64,000 nt of DNA from Candidatus Poribacteria bacterium (GTDB lineage Bacteria; Poribacteria; WGA-4E; WGA-3G), in the NCBI GenBank assembly GCA_965197475.1, contig CBDANF010000002.1, forward strand, positions 1,408,001 through 1,472,000, given 5' to 3'. Numbering within the stretch: the first letter of the stretch is position 1; every line of letters starts with the position of its first letter. A model generated the notes under the pieces. The model saw nothing but the letters and a program-made list of their open reading frames with translations, was not told the DNA's origin and searched no databases. Made by a program: the position numbers and the translations under genes. Below, piece after piece: positions 57,083 to 64,000 of this stretch.

Positions 57083-57853
57083 ATGAACTTACGATTAACA
57101 GACAAAGTCGTTGTTGTGACAGGGGCAAGTCGTGGAATAGGTAGAGCAATAGCAAACGGCTTTGCTGCAGAGGGCGCACGGCTCAGCATCTGTGGTAGAG
57201 ACCCAGATACCTTACAAACCGTAACCGAGGAACTCAGCGCACACGGTATAAAGGTGTTGTCAAAACCCACCGATGTAACTGATACTGCTCAAGTAGATGC
57301 GTTTATGACAGAAACCTTGTATCGTTTCGGTAGAATTGATGTTGTTGTTAACAATGTTGACGGAAGTCGTTGGACACCTCTAAACGAGATTTCTGATGAT
57401 GAATGGCATGAAATTCTGGATCTGAATCTTGTTTCGGCAACGCGTATCAACCGCCTTGCTATTCCTGCAATGCAGAAGCAGGGTGGTGGTGTGATTCTCA
57501 TGATTACGTCTATTTACGGTAGAGAAGGCGGCGGACATATTACCTACAACGCAGCGAAAGCCGCAGAAATCAGTATGGCAAAGTCGTTGGCAAAGGAACT
57601 TGCCGCTGACAATATCCGTGTCAATAGTATTGCACCTGGGTCTATCCTGTTTCCCGGTGGCGGTTGGGATCGTCGTATCAAAGCGGATCCAGAACGCATG
57701 AAAGCCTTTGTTGAAAACGAGATGCCGCTTGGTCGTTTTGGAGAACCTGAAGAGATCGCCAATGTTGCTGTCTTTCTCGCTTCCGAACGTGCCAGCCTTG
57801 TTACTGGAGCATGCATCAATGTTGACGGATGCCAGTCGCGATCCAATATATAA
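57083..57853 (+). CDS. SDR family oxidoreductase
   Basis: TGASRGIG, YNAAK and RVNSIAPG motifs. Confidence 0.93.
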   Translation: MNLRLTDKVVVVTGASRGIGRAIANGFAAEGARLSICGRDPDTLQTVTEELSAHGIKVLSKPTDVTDTAQVDAFMTETLYRFGRIDVVVNNVDGSRWTPLNEISDDEWHEILDLNLVSATRINRLAIPAMQKQGGGVILMITSIYGREGGGHITYNAAKAAEISMAKSLAKELAADNIRVNSIAPGSILFPGGGWDRRIKADPERMKAFVENEMPLGRFGEPEEIANVAVFLASERASLVTGACINVDGCQSRSNI

Positions 57854-57905
57854 AGTTAGATTGCGTTAAACGCATGGGTTGGGTTGGACATAAGTTACAA
57901 TTCAC

Positions 57906-59111
57906 TTAGGTACGATAGTCGGCATTAATTCGGATATAATCGTAGGAATAATCACAGGTCCACATGGTTATTTCAGCATCGCCAGCGCGCAGGTCAATGG
58001 TAATCCGAACGGGATCATTGCCAAACAATTGTGTTGCTTTTTTTTCGTCGTAGCCCGCATCCATACCGTTTTTGACAAGAAGATAATCTCCGAGCAGTAC
58101 GTCCACTTGATACGGGTCAAATTCTGCGCCGGATTTTCCAATCGCCATCATAATTCGTCCCCAGTTGGCATCATTTGCAAAAACAGCAGTTTTGACCAGT
58201 GGCGATTCTGCAACTGCACGGGCGGCTTTTTCCGCATCAATTCTATTTTTCGCACGTTTGATGACAACTTCAACAAGTTTAGTTGCGCCTTCGCCATCGC
58301 GGGCTAACATTTTTACCAATTCGGTGCAAACAAACTGCAGCCCTTCACAAAACATTTCGTAATTTCTGCCTTTAGCTTCGGCTATTTCCGCATTTTCTGC
58401 ATTCCCTGTTGCCAAAATTATCACAGTGTCATTTGTGCTGCGATCAGTGTCAATGGTTAAGAGGTTATAGGTGTTATCCACAACACGGTTCAAGGCAGAC
58501 TGTAGCGTTTCACTATTGATGTGTGCATCCGTTGTTAGGTAGGACAGCATTGTCGCCATATTAGGTGCTATCATCCCCGAACCTTTGGCTATTCCGCCGA
58601 TTCTTACAGATTTACCACCAATTTCTATTTCAACAGCGGTAGACTTCGGATGTGTATCGGTCGTCATAATGGCTTCTGCGGCATCGCTCCCACCATCAAC
58701 ATTGAGTGCATCAGCGGCAAGCTGAATCCCGTTCTCAATTTTATCCATCGGCAATTGCTGTCCGATAACACCGGTAGAAGATACGAGGACAAGATTTTCA
58801 TCTATGCCGAGTTGGTCAGCTGTTGCTGTAGTCATACGTTGTGCGTTTGCCATGCCGAGGTCACCTGTGCATGCGTTGGCGTTCCCGCTATTGATTATAA
58901 TTGCTTGTGCTGTTGGATCGCTAAGATTTCGGTGACAAACAAGGACAGGTGCGGCGGTAATGCTGTTTTTAGTGAAAACACCGGCAGCAGCCGCTGACGC
59001 ATCAGTAGCGATGAGTGCTAAATCTTTTGATCCTGCCATTTTGATACCAGCGTGAACGCCCGCAGCTCGCACACCTGGAACAGCGGTAATTCCGCCATCT
59101 ATCTGTTTCAT
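57906..59111 (-). CDS. argJ: Bifunctional ornithine acetyltransferase/N-acetylglutamate synthase
   Basis: NSGNANACTG, IMTTDT, KGSGMIAPNMATML, RDGEGATK and YIRINADYRT motifs. Confidence 0.97.
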   Translation of the reverse strand: MKQIDGGITAVPGVRAAGVHAGIKMAGSKDLALIATDASAAAAGVFTKNSITAAPVLVCHRNLSDPTAQAIIINSGNANACTGDLGMANAQRMTTATADQLGIDENLVLVSSTGVIGQQLPMDKIENGIQLAADALNVDGGSDAAEAIMTTDTHPKSTAVEIEIGGKSVRIGGIAKGSGMIAPNMATMLSYLTTDAHINSETLQSALNRVVDNTYNLLTIDTDRSTNDTVIILATGNAENAEIAEAKGRNYEMFCEGLQFVCTELVKMLARDGEGATKLVEVVIKRAKNRIDAEKAARAVAESPLVKTAVFANDANWGRIMMAIGKSGAEFDPYQVDVLLGDYLLVKNGMDAGYDEKKATQLFGNDPVRITIDLRAGDAEITMWTCDYSYDYIRINADYRT

Positions 59112-59257
59112 TAAACGCTCCTAAAAGACAGTGTGTGATGAATTCTAATATATCTTGATGCAATTGTCAAGATTTTTGCATCAAGTGAACAATACTTGAC
59201 ATTTGGATAAAAATACGTAAAATAGACATAGCAATTTTGAATGGCGGAGGAGAAAAT

Positions 59258-60253
59258 ATGGCAAAGATACGGATGGCACAATATGGAACTAAGCACGGAC
59301 ATGCACGCGGCAAACTGCAAGCGATGCTCGTGAACCCCGATGTAGAGGTTGCAGGCGTATTTGAACCTGATGAAGATCGGCGCGCAAAACTTCAAGCTAA
59401 TGGCAGTTGGTCTAATGATGTCCACTGGTTTGCAGATGCAGTGGAGATGTTAGAAGATAAATCGATTGTAGCGATTGCTTCTGAGGGTAATAACGCTGAA
59501 AGTTTAGATCAGACAGAGGAGATTGTGAATGCGGGTAAACACGTTTGGTACGATAAGCCCGCAGGTGAAAACTGGGAGCAGTGGCAACGCGTTATTAGGA
59601 CAGCACAGGAAAAATCACTGTTGGTCCAGTTGGGATATATGCTGCGGTATCATTCCAGTTTTAAACAAGTGACCGAGTGGGCAAGATCGAGATTTTTGGG
59701 GAACGTGTTTTCAGTTCGGGCACACATGTCAACCAATGTATCCGAGGAAGCACGTACGCGGATTAGCCAACACATTGGCGGAATCTTTTTTGACTTAGGT
59801 GGACATGTGCTTGATCAAATTGTGTGGATGCTGGGAAGGGCTGAGAAGGTCACTAGTTTTCTGCGCAACGATGGTGGATCAGTGGAACCTTTCAGAGATA
59901 ATACGCTCACTGTGTATGAGTTTGAAAAAGGGATGGCGTTTATCTCGATTTCTGCGTTGGAACCGCGTCCGATGGCGCGGCGTTTTGAGGTGTATGGCAC
60001 TGAGGGAAGTGCTATCATCGTTGAACCGTTTGAACCGGGACATACGATCCGACTCTGTTTACAAAATGCTAAGGAGGGATATTCACAAGGTGAACAGATT
60101 GTTAAGATAGCAGGGGAGAGTCGTCAACGATTGTATGAGTTGGAACTGGATGCGTTTTTGGCGACTATCGCGGGAGAGCAACCCCCTGATCGACCAGTGT
60201 CACACGAATTATTGGTGCAGGAGACACTGTTGCGTGCAACGGGTGTTATTTGA
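59258..60253 (+). CDS. Gfo/Idh/MocA family oxidoreductase
   Basis: AGKHVWYDKP, GYMLRY and GGIFFDLGGH motifs. Confidence 0.88.
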   Translation: MAKIRMAQYGTKHGHARGKLQAMLVNPDVEVAGVFEPDEDRRAKLQANGSWSNDVHWFADAVEMLEDKSIVAIASEGNNAESLDQTEEIVNAGKHVWYDKPAGENWEQWQRVIRTAQEKSLLVQLGYMLRYHSSFKQVTEWARSRFLGNVFSVRAHMSTNVSEEARTRISQHIGGIFFDLGGHVLDQIVWMLGRAEKVTSFLRNDGGSVEPFRDNTLTVYEFEKGMAFISISALEPRPMARRFEVYGTEGSAIIVEPFEPGHTIRLCLQNAKEGYSQGEQIVKIAGESRQRLYELELDAFLATIAGEQPPDRPVSHELLVQETLLRATGVI

Positions 60254-60256
60254 AAT

Positions 60257-60351
60257 TATAGTAAATCTAAAATATGTGAACACCCTGGTAGGTGCGGTTT
60301 CCTAACCGCACTATTTACCCACAGCGTATAGATAATTATGGTTTTACTATA
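60257..60351. mobile_element. MITE with IS630-like ends carrying the TAGGTGCGGTTTCCTAACCGCAC hairpin
   Basis: Right end AATTATGGTTTTACTATA resembles the IS630 end at 8097-8115; same hairpin as 6553-6582. Confidence 0.7.
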
Positions 60352-60364
60352 AGATTCATATTAC

Positions 60365-60438
60365 TGTAGTGTGAGGTCCCTGTGCCTCACAAGTCCAGTG
60401 GGCAGAAAATAGGGCAGGCACAAAGACCCACCCTACAA
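60365..60438. repeat. REP-like doublet (GTAG...CTAC type); a related copy lies at about 18536-18566
   Basis: tgtagtgtgagg..cctcac and agggcaggcacaaagacccaccctaca. Confidence 0.5.
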
Positions 60439-60462
60439 TGGAGGATGGGAAATTGGTATCGA

Positions 60463-61128
60463 TTAATCTTCCAAGCCGCCTGTCCATTTGAGGCACCCTG
60501 CGATGTGTTCGTGGAACCAAGGTTGACTCCATAGTGCATCAGGATGACCAAATGCAGTATACATTACGCGTCCCTTGCCGTAGGTATGGCACCAACCGAG
60601 CGCGTAATCGTTATCATCGCGGTTGCCGCGTGACACATCAATTGAATCGTTGTCTAAACGCATTAGGACATGCGTCTTTTCACGAGACCAACTTTTGAAA
60701 GTGTAGATTTCATCAACAACCTTGAAACTGTCGCCAAGCATCCGAGTCGCAGGGTGGTCGGTATCTTCAACGATGACGTTGACCTCTTCGTGCCACGGAT
60801 GTCCGTTGAAATAGCCACCGAGCATTTCTCCAAATTCTGGCCAATCGTAACAGGTATCGGTAGCATTGTGAATCCCGAAGAAGCCTTTTCCGTTTCGGAC
60901 AAAGTTGAGTAACGCTTCTTTTTGGGAATCATCAAACGGTAAATTTCCGGTTGTTGCGAACGCAACGATATCCTGTTTTGCTAAATTATCTTCCGTGATT
61001 CTATCGCAGCGATGGGTTGTGGTAACCCTCCAACCGTTTGCTGTACCAATCTCTTTCAGCGTGACTTCTGCATTCGGTAAGTAACTATGCTCAAAGCCTG
61101 CAGAATGACATAACATCAGAATGTTCAT
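60463..61128 (-). CDS. ThuA domain protein
   Basis: GFEH, GKGFFGIHNA, GGYFNGHP, DEIY and GKGRVMYTAFGH motifs. Confidence 0.9.
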   Translation of the reverse strand: MNILMLCHSAGFEHSYLPNAEVTLKEIGTANGWRVTTTHRCDRITEDNLAKQDIVAFATTGNLPFDDSQKEALLNFVRNGKGFFGIHNATDTCYDWPEFGEMLGGYFNGHPWHEEVNVIVEDTDHPATRMLGDSFKVVDEIYTFKSWSREKTHVLMRLDNDSIDVSRGNRDDNDYALGWCHTYGKGRVMYTAFGHPDALWSQPWFHEHIAGCLKWTGGLED

Positions 61129-61306
61129 TGTTTTTCCTTTCAGAACTTGCAATTTGTTGGATATTATACAGGATTTTTTGAAAAAATGGTAGTATTTTTG
61201 GTGTGCTATATATTCTGCTACAACAAACTTTCAGTAAAAAGATTGGCAATTCAGTGATTTTTATGGCATTATTATGTAAAGAGACTTTGGAGAAGGAGAA
61301 GAAACA

Positions 61307-62251
61307 TTGAAATTTTTTAAAAAAGGTGAAAAAGATATAGAAAAACCTAAATCTACAACACAATCACATCCTGAACTGCAAGTAATCAGTGGTTCTGAAA
61401 TTTCTGGCACACGCGCGCAACAGCCGAATCCGCAGCAACAAGCACCGCAACAGAACATTACGTTGCCAAATATAAAGTATAAAATTGCAGTGGCGAGCGG
61501 AAAAGGAGGTGTCGGTAAGTCGACCGTTGCTACGAATTTGGCGATCTCTCTGGCGAAAGCAGGTGCCGCAGTCGGATTGATGGACGCTGATGCTTATGGA
61601 CCCAGCATACCTACAATGATGGGTGTTCAGGAGAACCCTCGCACAAGTCCAGAACGAAAACTGATTCCTCTTGTGCGACACGATATTAAACTCATGTCAA
61701 TTGGGTTTATGGTGCCTGAAGAACAAGCGATGATCTGGCGTGGACCGATGCTGCACAGTGCTATCCGTCAATTTCTGAGCGATGTGGATTGGGGTGAACT
61801 GGATTACCTCATCATTGATCTACCACCCGGCACTGGAGATGTGGCATTAACCTTAACGCAGGCGATTCCACTTACAGGTACGGTTATTGTAACGACACCA
61901 CAAGATGTCGCGTTGGCAGATGTGCGACGTGGGGTTGCTATGTTTGAACGTCTCGGCGTGCCGATTCTCGGCATTATTGAGAATATGAGCTACTTTCTCT
62001 GTCCACATTGTAATGAGAAAACAGAGATTTTCAGAGCGGATGGTGGTAAAAATACGAGCGAACGGTTCGGTGTTGCGTTTTTGGGAGAGATTCCGCTTGA
62101 CGCTGAAGTTTGCACGGCAGGGGATATTGGCGTACCGATCGTCGCAGGACATCCGGAGTCACCACAATCTGCTGCGTTCGGGGCAGTTGCTATAGAATTA
62201 GATAAAGTGTTAGCGGAGAGTAGAGAAGAGGATGAATTGACTATTCTTTAG
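61307..62251 (+). CDS. apbC: Mrp/NBP35 (ApbC) Fe-S cluster carrier ATPase
   Basis: SGKGGVGKST, DADAYGPS, WRGPM, DLPPGTGD and ENMS..CPHC motifs. Confidence 0.92.
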   Translation: MKFFKKGEKDIEKPKSTTQSHPELQVISGSEISGTRAQQPNPQQQAPQQNITLPNIKYKIAVASGKGGVGKSTVATNLAISLAKAGAAVGLMDADAYGPSIPTMMGVQENPRTSPERKLIPLVRHDIKLMSIGFMVPEEQAMIWRGPMLHSAIRQFLSDVDWGELDYLIIDLPPGTGDVALTLTQAIPLTGTVIVTTPQDVALADVRRGVAMFERLGVPILGIIENMSYFLCPHCNEKTEIFRADGGKNTSERFGVAFLGEIPLDAEVCTAGDIGVPIVAGHPESPQSAAFGAVAIELDKVLAESREEDELTIL

Positions 62252-62276
62252 ATGGAACACATCTTTACAAACGTTT

Positions 62277-62304
62277 AAACCGTTGCTCTAATCAACGGTT
62301 TTTC
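62277..62304. terminator. Probable bidirectional terminator
   Basis: AAACCGTTG-ctctaat-CAACGGTTTTT lies between convergent genes. Confidence 0.6.
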
Positions 62305-62343
62305 TATTTAAGGGTATTCAATTATGAAGAATATCTGTGAAAG

Positions 62344-62838
62344 TCAAATAGCATTTGAATCTTCGTCTATAAGTTGTATGTCCATCACATCAGCAATAAG
62401 GCGTATTGCATGCTGGAGTAGGTCTCCTCCTTTGGTGAGGTCTTGGGTCGGTATTTTTCCAAGATTGTGATTTAAATCTTCAAGTGGCGTGAGTCCGAAA
62501 TTCTCCATACCTTCAAGCATCCCCTCAAGATATCCCAGCCCTGGCATTTCCAAGTCTCGTACATCATCAAGCATTCGGTAAAACATGATGTCCTCTGTGT
62601 AGTATTTTTCATATAAGGTCGGATACCCCTCATATCTGTCAAGGGATTTCTCATCTTTTTCAGAGATTTCCCAGAGACCGCCTTTCACGGATTTGCCTTG
62701 CACAGGAGTTATATCGGCGTAGAAGCGAAAGACAAGTTGATATCCTTGCAGTGTATACGCACCGAGAGGTTGTGCGGTGGGACATCGCCACTGCATGTGC
62801 TTGATATTGAGATTTGATCCATAGGCGAAGTATTTCAT
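62344..62838 (-). CDS. Gamma-glutamylcyclotransferase family protein
   Basis: YFAYGSNL, RCP.A and LDRYEGYP..Y motifs. Confidence 0.88.
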   Translation of the reverse strand: MKYFAYGSNLNIKHMQWRCPTAQPLGAYTLQGYQLVFRFYADITPVQGKSVKGGLWEISEKDEKSLDRYEGYPTLYEKYYTEDIMFYRMLDDVRDLEMPGLGYLEGMLEGMENFGLTPLEDLNHNLGKIPTQDLTKGGDLLQHAIRLIADVMDIQLIDEDSNAI

Positions 62839-62966
62839 GGTCAGGAATTAATTTCTGAACCAGAATTAAGGGTCAAAACGGAGCAATTCGTTTTCAAAAT
62901 CAGTTATCAGTTGAGAATATTTTACATGAGATAAAATCTTTCTAACTGATAACTGATTATATGTTT

Positions 62967-63635
62967 CTAAAATAACAGAGATAAAACAGAAGATTCTTGA
63001 CGTGGATCGTCATCGTTTTTTTCAGCAGTTTTATATCCGAAAATTTCAATTTCACCTATTTCGGCAGAGGCAATGCGTTTGGTGGGACCACCTGTCCCAC
63101 TACCTGAGCCTCACGAGGAGCCGCTTGAAAGATTGCAGAGTTGTGCTGCGAGATCAACTTCGTTCCGTGTAAAAGAAGCATCGTCTGTCGTTCCTAAAAC
63201 GACAAGACGGATACGATCCGTAGGAAATGAGTATAAAATCGGAATGACAATCTTACCGGAATTGGCATTTTGTTCCTCTTTTATCAAATTCCAGTCCGTC
63301 CCTGAGATTGGACTGCCTCCTTTATCTGCATAAAGTTTAAATTTCTTGATATTATCTGAGTGAATAACGATCTTTCGGATTATCTTTTTTTCTGGTAAGG
63401 TAATGACAACTTCAGGTAGGGAATTTTTGCCTGAGAGACTATTAGCAGAATTCGTTGAACTTGTTTTACCTACGGTACTGATATCACCGTCAATCATTTG
63501 TGGGTTGGTTGCTTGAGTGCCATCAAGGAGCGTGTAGTTATCGCTCCATTCTTGTTGTGAAAGTAGGGCACTACAACCTGCCATAATTACAACAAAGCAG
63601 ACGAGTGAAATGATAAGGGCGAATCTGTAAATCAT
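62967..63635 (-). CDS. Discoidin-like lipoprotein with an in-frame TGA at 63111-63113 (candidate selenoprotein, or nonsense allele)
   Basis: Lipobox MAGC. The frame continues 47 codons past TGA through IGEIEIFG; a hairpin starts 10 nt after TGA. Confidence 0.65.
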
Positions 63636-63710
63636 TTGTAACTCCTTATTGCGCGCGAATTTAGTATGAGTATTCTTCTTCTGTGAAGATATACAGTTTT
63701 ACCTCTCCAT

Positions 63711-63857
63711 TTGTTATATACTATATATTAACAAATTTTAATATGTATGTCAAGAAAAATTGTTATATACTATATATTAACAAATTTTAATATGTATGTC
63801 AAGAAAAATTGTTATATACTATATATTAACAAATTTTAATATGTATGTCAAGAAAAA
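63711..63857 (-). repeat. Three perfect 49-bp tandem repeats, each containing a sigma70 promoter
   Basis: Unit ttgttatatactatatattaacaaattttaatatgtatgtcaagaaaaa; minus strand reads TTGACA-17-TAATAT. Confidence 0.9.
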
Positions 63858-64000
63858 GATAAGGTTATTTAGTTTTAGGTTTTCAGAATGCAGCATTGGG
63901 ACTTAGCGCGCTATATTTCGCGTAAATCTGGGTTACAAACCCCTCCCACAAGAGAGGTGATCCGTAGGTTGGGTAAGCACAAGGAACCCAACAAACCGAC

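Noticed and set aside
63711-63857. CRISPR array
   Set aside because: The repeats are contiguous with no spacers and no cas genes; this is a tandem repeat.

Overview
This is bacterial chromosomal DNA, most consistent with the sponge symbiont Candidatus Poribacteria. That is inferred from LamG/CBM proteins ending in AVxxxxKLAxTWxxLK, WD40/TPR expansions, a BMC shell gene plus EutE-type dehydrogenase and a DUF6785-like membrane protein. The window holds a 16S-less rRNA unit (tRNA-Ala, 23S, 5S) and an IS-riddled accessory zone at about 7-28 kb (IS630, IS3, IS5-like, IS1, IS4/IS701-like, two IS1595). It also holds housekeeping genes (ligA, argJ, Mrp/ApbC, S41 protease, lipid A acyltransferase, XPB-like helicase plus DUF790) and many small MITE/REP elements. 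The best candidate for an undescribed system is an 11-kb array at 44.9-56.2 kb. It is made of mosaic, membrane-anchored paralogs (family A) paired with secreted variable proteins (family B), and its repeated promoter module has a poly-T -35/-10 spacer of 15 or 17 bp depending on the copy. Other notable items are a lipoprotein with an in-frame TGA followed by a SECIS-like hairpin (62967-63635), a promoter-driven pseudoknotted RNA and an antisense switch inside an IS1595 element, and a degenerate copy of the 5S 3' end. Several frameshifts fall in homopolymers and could be sequencing errors.
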